Shown here piece by piece: positions 18,101-27,803 of a stretch of 64,000 bases of DNA (its first letter is position 1; each line of letters starts with the position of its first letter). Source of the stretch: a virus; IMG/VR virus record IMGVR_UViG_3300050159_000095. One strand, written 5' to 3'. Below the pieces are notes generated by a model, which worked only from the letters and a program-made list of their open reading frames with translations, had not been told where the DNA came from and did not search any database. The position numbers were made by a program, and so were the translations under genes.

Positions 18101-18621
18101 GACGCTGGATTAACAGCTGCGCGCGATGCATATCGAACGCTGCCGCTGGCGTCTGTTAGATCAGAAGATGCTAGCGACACAGCACCAGTCTTCCCGTTAA
18201 CGCTCGGCACCGCATTGTTGGCTTTAGTGGCAATGGCAGCAATTGACGTGTTTGATGAAAAGTCGTAAGTATCCTTGTCGGTTAGTGAGGATATTGATGT
18301 CACTCCTCCGCCAGATCCACTGCCCGAAACTGCTGGTAAGGTCGAGGGGTTAAAATCAATCGTTGCACCATCGTATACGGACGACCAAGATTGATTATTT
18401 GCTAGAATGGTTGTCTCCATTACGTTAACCGATGTAAGTGGAAGTGTCCCTCCGTTTGCAGCAATCAACGCCAACAAATCCCGCTGGATGATCTCTTCGT
18501 GACTTAGTGTAGATGCCAACATCACAATTTTTAATGTGGCGGTTGAGTACAGGACAACTGCTGGTACTGTAGTTGTCGTATTGAATACGTGCTCATTCGT
18601 GATATATTGAGATACAGACAT
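15112..18621 (-). CDS. tailspike/tail-fibre-like virion protein with beta-helix and C-terminal carbohydrate-binding-like domain
   Basis: Gly/Ser/Thr-rich, ~1170 aa; VPSVNGKTGAVSL repeat; FFGAVGN and GTNDTAA motifs typical of tailspike beta-helix start; ATAAATA at 18648-18654. Confidence 0.75.
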   Translation of the reverse strand: MSVSQYITNEHVFNTTTTVPAVVLYSTATLKIVMLASTLSHEEIIQRDLLALIAANGGTLPLTSVNVMETTILANNQSWSSVYDGATIDFNPSTLPAVSGSGSGGGVTSISSLTDKDTYDFSSNTSIAAIATKANNAVPSVNGKTGAVSLASSDLTDASGSVRYASRAAVNPASIPASTKQIIVGGYASAGDCPDHAYTWSSAAPSANYDPLTYFADTSARGGYWIINEDVLDYRFFGAVGNSKGVQSFALTSGSTTAVLANGSFTASDVGKIIGFNVGGPAVAAIFRFDLIGNLYASSRTLTINGVAITFVASGATGNQVNVGATIYDTAVNIVSFVNANTSALACTASVDNQSGLTGDSITIKLTANTPGYAGNNIVVSWSDGNNLIWPYYPTFYNGSNSGPLVTTISAVTNATTIVLGTAASATIYPSAINYAHYGTNDTAACAAAHSICGLGATGSNGGTDIWNTVVGTAIGGQAVAGVRKIVVKPSKAGGAYFVTQPLLINNGSDIKIERGAVVRAAPGFPAERAVFETRLMQDKYGYNYPTNSWILSGYGMIECVWADRGLWARTSNYGYVGDKLNIVGAKWKGIQIGDSTAGNGVVGGTGYPGTWSNNIGDVMVQGSGIQTNMSPSGVGITITVASGSTAVTGTGTSFDVSWQGYMLYNSSGMFIGKVASVTSATSLTLTAAASQAFTSVRYIVGGFNSPDSIGIHNKRGTDMVWTGPIEVVGYRYGILLDSAVSVGPSHVWTWGGGGPTKACYVSRSAMSTLISPEGDTPCSLGDTKIGTCYFFWSTDDLVIQDGSRCFSAGDGINALNGSLNNEVVYARKENYATGKRLTFFGAAYNSSGNSISLLRASSASVTYDEGAITFLGGFKTRGSNIQNMGFCSVDTPNANHKQWLDNTDFSVIRQPGVINVSTGTNYVAERWWFNTDATTGTRTAQVVTSSPGASAQRGKNSLQISQTAALNGTYHSLFQNIPYDSLWGINNRTLTLLIRTSLVSGTYPGGVINATLVFNFGTGGSASQTVNIGSIYVGAQYNAIPVQAYFAPGGVTIGTNPYVQLVLSIPVSNTASFVLNLSDIELVDGYVMMAERQVSQPEKTNITAMKQFYETGSVYAPSTTAFWVPLITKYKVPTVAVVGGSASQISATGFLLTPTAAGTVTYTADASV

Positions 18622-18723
18622 ATAAGCCCTCGGTGTAGGTAATGGGGTATTTATCAATCGCCCGTTGATCTGTCAACGACTTTCCCTTATAGTGATCTTA
18701 TCTTCACTACGGACGTTTTCCAA

Positions 18724-19797
18724 ATGAAACCTCTGTTCGCCACCGAAACCAACACAGCAGCAAGCACGATCGCGTTCCAGGACATCACTCCTGCAGCGGT
18801 GCCTGCTGTCATTCAACCAAAAGTCCCAGTACGCGCGGTGACTGACAACGAAATCGACCAGCTCGGACAAAAGGTCAGCTCTCACGCTGCGAAAACCGCT
18901 TCGCAGATCATGGCACAAGTTCGTGCCAGCGACGTTGACGGTTTTGGCGACAAGCTGAACGAACTTGTTGCAGTGTCCAAGCGTCTCGATCCGAAAAAGA
19001 TGGGCAACAAGGGCCTGATCAATAAGGTCATGAACCTGTTCGGTGAAAGCAAAGAGGCTCTGCTTGCTCAATACCAAACGGTTGAGCAGCGCATGAACGC
19101 GCTGGTGGGGGAGATGGATAAGACTGTCGTGCACCAGCAGAAGCGTGTTGGTGATCTGGAACAGATGTACGCCGACAATGAGGCTGCATTCCACCAGTAC
19201 GGTGCTGAAATCGAAGCATGTCAGATGATTCTGGAAGCCCTGAAGGCTCAGCTGGCCAACGAACAACAGGCACAAGATGCATTTGCAGCCCAGCGTCAAC
19301 AAGACCTGATGAACCGAATTCATCGCGCTGAGAAGAAGGAAGATGACTTTGTCCGCGGCCAGCAGCTGTGTAAGCTCGCAGCCCCCGAAATCCGCGCGAT
19401 GCAAGACAACGCTCGCTCTCTCGTCACCACCTTCACTGATATCAAGAACACGACCGTTCCTGCATGGCAGGGGGTGTTCTCTCGCTACATCCTGTCAATG
19501 GAGCAGAAGCGTGCCGCTGAACTGGCCACGTCTGTGCAGAACGCGACGAATGAGGCATTCCGCATGCAGGCTGATCAACTGCGCCAAAACGTGCAGACGA
19601 TCGCAACTGCGAAGGAACGCAGTGTGGTTGACATCGAGACCCTGGAACACATGCAACAACAACTGCTTGGCGCTATTGACGACGCCAAGCGAATCGCAGA
19701 CGAGGGTGCACGTAGTCGTGCTGAAGCTCGCGTCAAACTGGCAGACATGGACAAGCAGATGATTGCCCGTGCCGCTCTCCCTCAACTGACCAAGTAA
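18724..19797 (+). CDS. telA: TelA/KlaB-like toxic anion resistance protein
   Basis: Coiled-coil; LGQKVSSHAAKTASQIM; YQTVEQRM; FTDIKNTTVPAW. Confidence 0.85.
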   Translation: MKPLFATETNTAASTIAFQDITPAAVPAVIQPKVPVRAVTDNEIDQLGQKVSSHAAKTASQIMAQVRASDVDGFGDKLNELVAVSKRLDPKKMGNKGLINKVMNLFGESKEALLAQYQTVEQRMNALVGEMDKTVVHQQKRVGDLEQMYADNEAAFHQYGAEIEACQMILEALKAQLANEQQAQDAFAAQRQQDLMNRIHRAEKKEDDFVRGQQLCKLAAPEIRAMQDNARSLVTTFTDIKNTTVPAWQGVFSRYILSMEQKRAAELATSVQNATNEAFRMQADQLRQNVQTIATAKERSVVDIETLEHMQQQLLGAIDDAKRIADEGARSRAEARVKLADMDKQMIARAALPQLTK

Positions 19798-19810
19798 GAA
19801 AGGATTCACC

Positions 19811-20566
19811 ATGACTGGTATCGTTCTCCAAAAGCGTGTCGAACAAGTCGGCATCATTCTCCAAAAGCGTGGCATCACCAAAGCGCCGTCCACCCGTGTG
19901 GGTCTGGCCCTTGATGTGTCTGGCTCTGCTCGCTCATTCTATACGAGCAGCACTATGCAAAATACGATCGATCGCCTGCTGGCTGTCGCCCTGAAGTTTG
20001 ACGACAACGGCGAACTGGATTCGTGGCTGTTTGACAGCAGTGTCCACGACATGCCTGTGATCACTGAGCGTGATGAAGGCTCCTACGTCAAGAAACAAAT
20101 CCTCTCCCGCTCCGGACTGTGGGGTGGCACCAACTACGCACCTCCGATCGCTGCCGCCATGGAACACTATTTCCCAACCACGCCAAAAACGGTGGAAAAA
20201 CAAGTTCCGGCTTCTGGGTTCTTTGGTAAGCTGTTCGGCAAGACGGAGACTGTTGTTGAAACGGTGCCGGTTGCTACCGCAGCCAATCTGGACCCAGCTA
20301 TGCTGCTGTTCATTACCGATGGTGCTAACGGTGACCCACAGAGCACTGAGACTCTCCTGCGCAAGGCTGCTGCGTCGAATGTGCAAATCTACTTCAACAT
20401 GGTTGGTGTTGGCGATCCTCGTGAGTTCGCCTTCCTGCAACGTCTCAGCGACGAGTTGCCGAATGTGGGCTTCGTCAATCTCGCATCACTCGACATCACT
20501 GACGAACAACTGTATGAACAAGTTGTGTCGCAAGAGTTCTGCGACTGGGTGAAGAAGCAAGCCTAA
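19811..20566 (+). CDS. vWA domain protein (Ter-cluster type)
   Basis: MIDAS LALDVSGSA; FDDNGELDSWLFD; GGTNYAP; FITDG; FLQRLSD. Confidence 0.85.
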   Translation: MTGIVLQKRVEQVGIILQKRGITKAPSTRVGLALDVSGSARSFYTSSTMQNTIDRLLAVALKFDDNGELDSWLFDSSVHDMPVITERDEGSYVKKQILSRSGLWGGTNYAPPIAAAMEHYFPTTPKTVEKQVPASGFFGKLFGKTETVVETVPVATAANLDPAMLLFITDGANGDPQSTETLLRKAAASNVQIYFNMVGVGDPREFAFLQRLSDELPNVGFVNLASLDITDEQLYEQVVSQEFCDWVKKQA

Positions 20567-20574
20567 GGAATAAC

Positions 20575-21885
20575 ATGTCAACCAATACGCTGTACATCCC
20601 CAAGAAACTGTACGTTGGCTTCCAAAACCGTAGCGATACGTTCACTGGCAAGCTGGCGTATGTGATTTATGAGGATCACTCTGGCAAGAAGCGCAAACAA
20701 AAGTCGTGGGAGGGTTGGCGGGACAAAAACATCCCCGTTGTCGAAGTAGACAATGCGCCGACCCCCAACTTCACCCTGAATAAGGGCGTTCAGCGTAGCC
20801 GCGAATGGTTCGGCACTGGTCGCTCTATGGTTCGTGTGTGGGATCCGCGTGACTTCGAATTTGAGATCACCGTGGACAACCTGTTGAACGTGCTGATGCA
20901 CGCTGACGTGTCGAAGCGCGACATCACTGAGCCATGCGTGTACGCATGGCAAGGCACCAATCTGGTTCTGCTGCCTACCAACAGCGTTGAGTACCAAGAA
21001 TCGATTAAGCACACTGCAAAGCAGTCGCTGAAGGTGTCGGCGCGGGATCTTGTGGTTGGTCACACTTACTCGATTAAGCAAGACAGCACAACAACCGTTG
21101 TGTACCTCGGTCGATTTGATCGGTATGAGACCGTTACGGTTTATGACGAAGCAGTCCAGACTCGGTACAATTGGCAACGCCACATCAAGGGATACGAACA
21201 CAAGAAAAAGGCAAAAAAGCACGTGTTCATCAATCCCGAGACAAAGATGGTTGATGTTCGTGAGCCGTCTACGTTGATTGCTGCATGTGTGTCTGATGAA
21301 GTCCATCCCGAGCTTGCAACGCTAATGGATGCGTACTACAAGACGGGGGAATCTCAGCCTGCTGCAGGGGTTACTTTGATTCCCTGCAACTACAGCGCCG
21401 GCGATTGGTATGAGGTGGCTGATAACAAGTTCGTCAAGGTAAGGATTGTGGACAAGTATATTCGTGACGGTGGATACCACGCCAAGCCGCTGTACACGGG
21501 TAAATTTCACTTCAGCGTAGAGGTTTCGCAATACGGCAAGTACGATGCGGCTGCCAATACCTTTGTTGTGTCGTACCAAACGGAAATCGGTCATAGTAGC
21601 TACTATGACCGGAAGTATCAAACACACAACAATACAGGGATCTCTAATAGTGATCCTGATGTCCAACAGTTGTTAGGTGATCTGACACAAGCATACATTG
21701 CTACGCGTCCCTCAGAACAAGAGATCAATGAAAAGCACAACGGTAGTTACGACACCGACTATTACGGTCACGCAAAAGAACAAACAAAGAAAGCAGCTGA
21801 AGAAGTGATGAAGAGGCACAAGACTGGCCGGCCGGCGCTCATTTTGGCTGACGGGAAAGTCAGTGAAACTCACATCTGCTACTAA
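20575..21885 (+). CDS. hypothetical protein
   Basis: 436-aa ORF, AAGG RBS; no family recognised. Confidence 0.8.
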   Translation: MSTNTLYIPKKLYVGFQNRSDTFTGKLAYVIYEDHSGKKRKQKSWEGWRDKNIPVVEVDNAPTPNFTLNKGVQRSREWFGTGRSMVRVWDPRDFEFEITVDNLLNVLMHADVSKRDITEPCVYAWQGTNLVLLPTNSVEYQESIKHTAKQSLKVSARDLVVGHTYSIKQDSTTTVVYLGRFDRYETVTVYDEAVQTRYNWQRHIKGYEHKKKAKKHVFINPETKMVDVREPSTLIAACVSDEVHPELATLMDAYYKTGESQPAAGVTLIPCNYSAGDWYEVADNKFVKVRIVDKYIRDGGYHAKPLYTGKFHFSVEVSQYGKYDAAANTFVVSYQTEIGHSSYYDRKYQTHNNTGISNSDPDVQQLLGDLTQAYIATRPSEQEINEKHNGSYDTDYYGHAKEQTKKAAEEVMKRHKTGRPALILADGKVSETHICY

Positions 21886-21900
21886 TCAAAGGAAATAAAC

Positions 21901-22335
21901 ATGTCTACTATTGACCAAACAATTCAAACCCTGTTCGCCAAGCTGGCTGAACGCAAAGCAAAGGTCGCCTCTCTAAAGGCAGATGTTGCGAAAGCTTGGA
22001 AGACGACCGGTGCCTTCCGTCTGATCGGCTCAACCAGTACAACCAACATTCAAACCGCCAATGTGGAAACTTTGGAAGAAGTCGCCACTCAGGTGATCAT
22101 TCTCACTGACGCTCAGGACAAGGCGAGCGCCAAGCTGTCTCGCCCCAGTAAGCAAAAGGTGCAGAACTACACTATTGACGATTGGTTCAATGATCTGCAA
22201 AAGCGTCTTGCCATGATCGATGTGCGTGAGGAAGAGAAGCAGTTGGAAGCACTGGAGCAGCGTCTCAACAGCGTGCTGTCGCCGGAAGAACGCCGCCGCA
22301 TTGAGGTTGAACTACTGGCCAAGGAACTCGGCTAA
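21901..22335 (+). CDS. hypothetical coiled-coil protein
   Basis: AAGGA RBS; heptad-rich. Confidence 0.8.
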   Translation: MSTIDQTIQTLFAKLAERKAKVASLKADVAKAWKTTGAFRLIGSTSTTNIQTANVETLEEVATQVIILTDAQDKASAKLSRPSKQKVQNYTIDDWFNDLQKRLAMIDVREEEKQLEALEQRLNSVLSPEERRRIEVELLAKELG

Positions 22336-22350
22336 GTTCACCAACTGAAA

Positions 22351-22380
22351 AGAAAACGGGGCTTCATTGCCCCGTTTTCT
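22351..22380. terminator. intrinsic terminator
   Basis: AGAAAACGGGGC-TTCATT-GCCCCGTTTTCT. Confidence 0.75.
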
Positions 22381-22436
22381 TTCCGTCGCATCGCGCTTAT
22401 AGTTATCGAACTTTCAACACAACGGAGGTTTCTCAT

Positions 22437-23462
22437 ATGAAACATTACCTCAGCAGCTTCTGGTTCACCGTCATCGCCGCCGTTCTCGGCTACATGCTCG
22501 GCGGTCTGGCAGGCGTCGCAATCGTCCTGATCCTGGGCGTCCTCGAAACGTCGCTGTCGTTCGACAACGCCGTCGTCAATGCCAGCGTTCTGAAGAACTG
22601 GGATGAACAGTGGCGTCAACGCTTCCTCGTCTACGGTATGCCGATCGCTGTGTTCGGCATGCGGCTGGTGTTCCCCCTGCTGATCGTCATGATCGCTGCA
22701 TCGATCGGCCCCGTTGACGCACTGATGCTGGCAGTCAACGACCCGAAGCAGTACGAAACGATTCTCAGTGGCGTTCATCACGAAATCTCTGCCTTCGGTG
22801 GCGCATTCCTGATGATGGTGTTCCTCGCATTCTTCTTCGACGAAGAAAAGGATCTTCACTGGGTGGATGTGATCGAAACACCCCTGGTGCGCCTCGGCCG
22901 GCTCGATATGGCCGCCGCTCTGATCACTCTGATCACCGTTGGTATCGCTTCGTACTTCGTGCCTCATGCTGAACAGGCCTCGTTCCTGGTCGCCGGTATC
23001 GCCGGTCTCGGCTCGTACATCCTGGTCGACGGCATCGGTGCTCTGATCGGCGGTGAAGAGCACGGCGACGACGTGGCTGCAAACATCGTCAAGCAGGGTT
23101 GGGCTGGCTTCATGTATCTGGAAGTTCTGGATGCCTCGTTCAGCTTCGACGGCGTGATCGCTGCGTTCGCTCTGACCAACAACATCTTCGTCATCATGAT
23201 TGGTCTGGCTGTTGGTGCGATGTTCGTGCGATCGATGACTCTGCATCTGGTGGAAGCCGGCACTCTGACCGAGTTCCGCTACCTGGAGCATGGCGCGTTC
23301 TGGGCGATTGGTGCTCTCGCGATCCTGATGTTCGTCAGCGTGGGCGTGCACGTGCCGGAAGTTGTCACTGGTCTGATCGGCGCAAGCGCCATCGGTCTGG
23401 CTCTGTGGTCGTCGGTTCGTGCGAACAAGGCCGAACTGGCCCTCGAACGCGCTGATCTCTGA
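22437..23462 (+). CDS. DUF475/TerC-like integral membrane protein
   Basis: LETSLSFDNAVVNA; YLEVLDASFSFDGVIAAFA; FRYLEHGAFWAIG. Confidence 0.9.
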   Translation: MKHYLSSFWFTVIAAVLGYMLGGLAGVAIVLILGVLETSLSFDNAVVNASVLKNWDEQWRQRFLVYGMPIAVFGMRLVFPLLIVMIAASIGPVDALMLAVNDPKQYETILSGVHHEISAFGGAFLMMVFLAFFFDEEKDLHWVDVIETPLVRLGRLDMAAALITLITVGIASYFVPHAEQASFLVAGIAGLGSYILVDGIGALIGGEEHGDDVAANIVKQGWAGFMYLEVLDASFSFDGVIAAFALTNNIFVIMIGLAVGAMFVRSMTLHLVEAGTLTEFRYLEHGAFWAIGALAILMFVSVGVHVPEVVTGLIGASAIGLALWSSVRANKAELALERADL

Positions 23463-23481
23463 CCTGTTGACATCAACATCG

Positions 23482-23509
23482 AAAAGGGTGACACTGCGTC
23501 ACCTTTTTT
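23482..23509 (+). terminator. possible intrinsic terminator
   Basis: AAAAGGGTGAC-ACTGC-GTCACCTTTTTT. Confidence 0.6.
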
Positions 23510-23522
23510 CATTGGAGACTTC

Positions 23523-23894
23523 ATGCATCCCAACCACCTCTCTTGGATCGCCGAGCACCAAGACGTCGTGTACATGGTCGAAGCGAACTCGTTCGAGACG
23601 CTGTCGCTGTGGCAGCAACACCACAAGGAACTGAACTGGCAAGAGGTGACGCGCGGTGGCCCGATGTTCCAGCTTGGTCAACTCGCTGACCGGCCGGTCG
23701 TCCTGAGCGTCAACATCTTCTCGATCCTCGGTCACAAGGTGATGTCGTACGACCCGACCAGCCAAGTCGTCGACTGGGTGATGATCGAGGACTTCCTCGA
23801 GAAGAGCTGGCCGAACGCCAAGAAGACCAACGCGATGAACTTCTTCAACGCCGTCCACGACATCCGCCGCCTGAACGAGGAGGTGCCAGCATGA
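23523..23894 (+). CDS. hypothetical protein
   Basis: GGAG RBS; ATGA overlap with next gene. Confidence 0.75.
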   Translation: MHPNHLSWIAEHQDVVYMVEANSFETLSLWQQHHKELNWQEVTRGGPMFQLGQLADRPVVLSVNIFSILGHKVMSYDPTSQVVDWVMIEDFLEKSWPNAKKTNAMNFFNAVHDIRRLNEEVPA

Positions 23895-24628
23895 TCACGC
23901 ACATCTCATTCGACGTCTGGAACACGCTAATCAAGCCGAACCCGGAGTTCGCGCTTGCCAGAACGAAGTTGATTGCCCTGGCTCTCAACCTCGATGAGGC
24001 ATACGTCAAGACGGCGTACACGCACGTCAAACGTGTTGTCGATGGGATGGCTGAACGTGAAGGCAAGGCGTACTCGACGGAAGAGGTGTACAAGCTGTTG
24101 TTCTCGTCGATGTGCGTCAGCGTGTCACCGGCTCTGGCGAAAGAAATCCGCCTGTCTGTCGACGAACTGTTCCGCTGCCTGCCACCGACGATCGGCCATG
24201 GTGTTCGCGAAATGCTGGACTGGCTGACGCGCAGCCGGATCACAGCGAGCATCGGCAGCAACTCGAACTACATCTCTGGCAGCGTGATGTTGCCGTGGAT
24301 CGAAAGCGCGTGCAGTCACCAGTTCGCATTCAGCCTGTTCTCCGATCTCGAGCTGACTGCGAAGCCGTCGAAAGAGTTCTTCGAGCTGCTGTACGATCAC
24401 GTCAACGACGATCGCTACCCCGAGACCAGCCACTTCCCGGTGCAGGACCCGAAGCAGATCCTGCATGTCGGCGACAACGAGATCTGCGACGTGTTCGGCG
24501 CGCAGCGATGCGGCATGCACGGTTTGCTGATCGTCAATCCCGATACTGTTGCGGAGCAGGTTAAGCTCCGCATTGGGGGTGGAGAACGACTACAACCTGT
24601 CGTTCTCCACCAGCTGATCAACAACTGA
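23891..24628 (+). CDS. HAD-superfamily hydrolase
   Basis: SFDVWNTL; SNS; KP; HVGDNEICD. Confidence 0.88.
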   Translation: MITHISFDVWNTLIKPNPEFALARTKLIALALNLDEAYVKTAYTHVKRVVDGMAEREGKAYSTEEVYKLLFSSMCVSVSPALAKEIRLSVDELFRCLPPTIGHGVREMLDWLTRSRITASIGSNSNYISGSVMLPWIESACSHQFAFSLFSDLELTAKPSKEFFELLYDHVNDDRYPETSHFPVQDPKQILHVGDNEICDVFGAQRCGMHGLLIVNPDTVAEQVKLRIGGGERLQPVVLHQLINN

Positions 24629-24642
24629 TAGTGAGGTATCCC

Positions 24643-25473
24643 ATGCCAACATATACACGTTTTGCCGCTCACCAGTTTTCCGATCTGGAGACTGCAAGTT
24701 TCGACCCTAAGACATACTCTCGTCTAAAGTTTGGTAGTGACCAAGCTGCTCGAGTGATGGGTCACCGTCTGGCGGCTGAGTTCTTCTTTGCACATGGAGA
24801 CAAACTACTGGCAAACGATATTGTAGTATTTGCCTCTCCGTACAACTATCTACCGAACGCCGCCACTGTGATGACACAACATTTCATCGCTCGTCTGAAC
24901 GAGCTGTTAGTGTTCTCTCAAGGTAAACACGTGGACTATTCACTGGTCCACCGCAAAGTCAGCTACACCGCAGACTACGGCTTTCTGTCCAAAGAAAAAC
25001 GCAAAGGACTGATCGACAACGATTCATTCTCTCTGAACCGCGACTTCATTGCCGGTAAGTTGTTGCTGTTTGTGGATGATGTGCGGATCACCGGCACCCA
25101 TGAAGATAAGCTGATGGAGGTTCTGCAACGAGATCGGATCGACAACGACGCAATGTTTCTGTATTTTGCTAACTACACAGGAACAAAAGCTGACATTGAA
25201 GGTCAATTGAACTTCGCCGCAATCCAAGCCATGGAGGACTTCGCCGCTCTGACCAAAGAGCCGAATCACCACGTGATCATTCGTCCGATCAAATACATTC
25301 TGTCTCGCCCCGTTGAAGAACTTAAAGCTTCCCTGCCGGGGTTCAACGACGACGTGGTGTTTGCAATGTATTATGGGTGCCTCGCGGAGGGATATTACAA
25401 AGTACCCTCGTATCAAGCGAACTTCGCAATCCTTACAGCTGAGAAGGAACGCCGATCCTCACTGGACCGTTGA
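24643..25473 (+). CDS. phosphoribosyltransferase (Ter-associated type)
   Basis: PRPP-binding loop LLFVDDVRITG; YSRLKFGS N-terminal motif. Confidence 0.8.
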   Translation: MPTYTRFAAHQFSDLETASFDPKTYSRLKFGSDQAARVMGHRLAAEFFFAHGDKLLANDIVVFASPYNYLPNAATVMTQHFIARLNELLVFSQGKHVDYSLVHRKVSYTADYGFLSKEKRKGLIDNDSFSLNRDFIAGKLLLFVDDVRITGTHEDKLMEVLQRDRIDNDAMFLYFANYTGTKADIEGQLNFAAIQAMEDFAALTKEPNHHVIIRPIKYILSRPVEELKASLPGFNDDVVFAMYYGCLAEGYYKVPSYQANFAILTAEKERRSSLDR

Positions 25474-25536
25474 CGATAATAACCCGACATCGGATAATAC
25501 TGATCGTCTATCAACAACCTCTCTAAGGAGATTCAC

Positions 25537-26166
25537 ATGACTGGTATCGTTCTCACCAAAGGTGGCCGCATCAACCTCGCCAAGGAAGCACCGAGCCTCA
25601 CCAAGGTTTCCGTTGGCCTCGGTTGGAAGCCGAACAACTTCAACACTGGCACTGATTTCGACCTGGACGCCAGCGTGTTTATCTGCACCAACGCCAGCGG
25701 CAGCGCGCAACTGATCAGCAACGACTACTTCGTGTTCTATGGCAAGCACACTGAGCCGGAAGGTGCTGTTGAGCACAGTGGTGACAGCCGTAACGGCACG
25801 CTCAACATCGACTTCGGTGTGGATGCCAACGGCCGCAAGATTGAGGTGGACGAAATCGTCACTGTCGACTTCACCAAGCTGGCCGCCAATGTCGATGAAC
25901 TGTCGTTCATCGTGACAATCCACGAAGCGGATGACCGCAAACAGAACTTCGGTCAAGTGTCCGGCAGTGTGATCGTGCTGCGCGACGATGTGTCCGGCAA
26001 GATTCTCGGCTCGTACTCGCTGGAAGACGACTTCTCCACTGAAACCGCCGTCCAGTTCGGCTCGCTGTACAAGAAGGACGGCGCATGGTTGTTCAAGGCT
26101 GTCGGCGCCGGCTACAACAAGGGTCTGGCTGACTTCGTTCTGGCATACGGCGGCACTCTCGCCTAA
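25537..26166 (+). CDS. terD: TerD-family stress protein
   Basis: VGLGW; FDLDAS; FVFYG; HSGDSRNG; NFGQV; FGSLYK..GAWLFKAVGAG. Confidence 0.95.
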   Translation: MTGIVLTKGGRINLAKEAPSLTKVSVGLGWKPNNFNTGTDFDLDASVFICTNASGSAQLISNDYFVFYGKHTEPEGAVEHSGDSRNGTLNIDFGVDANGRKIEVDEIVTVDFTKLAANVDELSFIVTIHEADDRKQNFGQVSGSVIVLRDDVSGKILGSYSLEDDFSTETAVQFGSLYKKDGAWLFKAVGAGYNKGLADFVLAYGGTLA

Positions 26167-26171
26167 TAGCC

Positions 26172-27020
26172 ATGCCAAAGCCTTTGGTGTTCGCTGACGC
26201 GCCGAAGCTGCAAAAGCAGGAAAGTGGCCCTACGCCACTTTCCTTCCCACAAGCTTCGTCCAGCCAAAAACAACCCACCCAGGCGCCCTCGAGGGCGCCT
26301 GGAGGTCTGTCGTTTGACAATGTGGTTGTTCCAACTCGGGTGCCTGTTCAGGTAAATCCGAGCAAGGTGTTCGAACGCATCGTGTCGCCTCAGGCCAAGG
26401 ACTCAATTGCTGCATTCAGGGCTGGCTACGCTGACCTGTATCGCTCCAACCAAATAAGCATTGATACGCAAATTGAACAACTGCTCCCGCTCAAGCTGGA
26501 TGTTGTTGTTAACTGGGGCGCAAAGACGTTTGATCGTGTGCGGTCTAGCTCCAATGAAGTCACTAAGATTGTGCAATTATTCTCTACCTCAAATGGTAAT
26601 GAGCTAATGGCACAAGCTCAGGCAGCCTTGTTGCCGCAACAAGGCTGGCTCGCCAAAATGCGTAGCAAGGATCCGTTCGTGTATGAAGCACCTCTAGAAG
26701 TGATCAAAAACGCAATCCCTGGGTGGATGCAGCGTTGTGATCAACTGATCACAAACACAACCAAAAATCATCAGGACATGCTGATTAAAATGACCACCTT
26801 CTCTGTCGTTGCCGATACGGTAGGAGAGCCGCCTGATCATACACTCGCAATGGCAATGCATAATCGCCGTCTCATGCTGCAGCAAGGCACGATGCAGGCT
26901 GAGATGCTTACTCGCCAACTGAAGGATACACGGTCGCAAATGCTCCAAATGCAGATGCAGATCGATCAACTGCTCAACATCACGATGCCTGCATACAGGT
27001 CGGCACAAGCGAGGAAATAA
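26172..27020 (+). CDS. hypothetical helical protein, possibly TelA-related
   Basis: Helical Gln/Leu-rich C-terminal half; last gene of Ter cluster. Confidence 0.6.
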   Translation: MPKPLVFADAPKLQKQESGPTPLSFPQASSSQKQPTQAPSRAPGGLSFDNVVVPTRVPVQVNPSKVFERIVSPQAKDSIAAFRAGYADLYRSNQISIDTQIEQLLPLKLDVVVNWGAKTFDRVRSSSNEVTKIVQLFSTSNGNELMAQAQAALLPQQGWLAKMRSKDPFVYEAPLEVIKNAIPGWMQRCDQLITNTTKNHQDMLIKMTTFSVVADTVGEPPDHTLAMAMHNRRLMLQQGTMQAEMLTRQLKDTRSQMLQMQMQIDQLLNITMPAYRSAQARK

Positions 27021-27021
27021 C

Positions 27022-27249
27022 ATGACGTGTACCCATTCGCGCACTCTGTCTGCATATTTGAAACACGATGACCGGACCGACATCAAAATTCCTCATCTGA
27101 ATTACCACAAGAACTCCACGTATCCGAGCGGAGGCATCTTTCGCGGTGATGATACGCAATTTACAGTGTGCATGACCTGTGGACAAATCATGAACTGGGA
27201 GCTGATTGAAGATTCTGATTTCGTTGACTCAGACCCTGAGCTTGAGTAA
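27022..27249 (+). CDS. hypothetical protein
   Basis: CxH and CxxC motifs; abuts previous stop. Confidence 0.65.
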   Translation: MTCTHSRTLSAYLKHDDRTDIKIPHLNYHKNSTYPSGGIFRGDDTQFTVCMTCGQIMNWELIEDSDFVDSDPELE

Positions 27250-27283
27250 ACTCACGGCTCCCCTGCAACGTAAGGAGTTACTC

Positions 27284-27520
27284 ATGACCCGCACCAAACA
27301 CCTCGCCGCCACGCTGGCCCCTGTCCGCGAACGCCAGCAACAGGTTGTGTTCGATGTCAACAATGACGAACACATGCAGGCATTCGAGATGTTGATCACG
27401 CAAGGCAAGCAGCATCCGACCCTGCGGTTCCGTCTCGAACACCCGTACGTGAATGTCCGTGCGATGATGACCGAAAAGGTGTGCCGTGCACACCTCGCTA
27501 CCCGAAAACAAAATGTCTGA
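27284..27520 (+). CDS. hypothetical protein
   Basis: AAGGAG RBS. Confidence 0.75.
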   Translation: MTRTKHLAATLAPVRERQQQVVFDVNNDEHMQAFEMLITQGKQHPTLRFRLEHPYVNVRAMMTEKVCRAHLATRKQNV

Positions 27521-27803
27521 TTCGTGCCTGCTGTGTGAGCGCCCTCTTGGTGAGGTGCGTGTCCAAGAACACCACCTCATTCCAAAGACATTCAAAGGAA
27601 AAGTGACAATTCCATTGCACGGCATTTGTCACCAAAAGATCCACTCCACGTTCAGTGAACGTGAGCTGCTTCACTACTACCACACCATTGAACGACTTCT
27701 GGAACACTCCGAAATCCAGAAGTTTATAGCGTGGGTCAAGAAGAAGCCGCCGGAGTTCTACACTCCTCATAAAGATACGTCATCGCGACGTCGTCACCGA
27801 TGA
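27513..27803 (+). CDS. small HNH endonuclease
   Basis: CLLC..EHHLIPK...CHQKIH. Confidence 0.85.
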   Translation: MSDSCLLCERPLGEVRVQEHHLIPKTFKGKVTIPLHGICHQKIHSTFSERELLHYYHTIERLLEHSEIQKFIAWVKKKPPEFYTPHKDTSSRRRHR

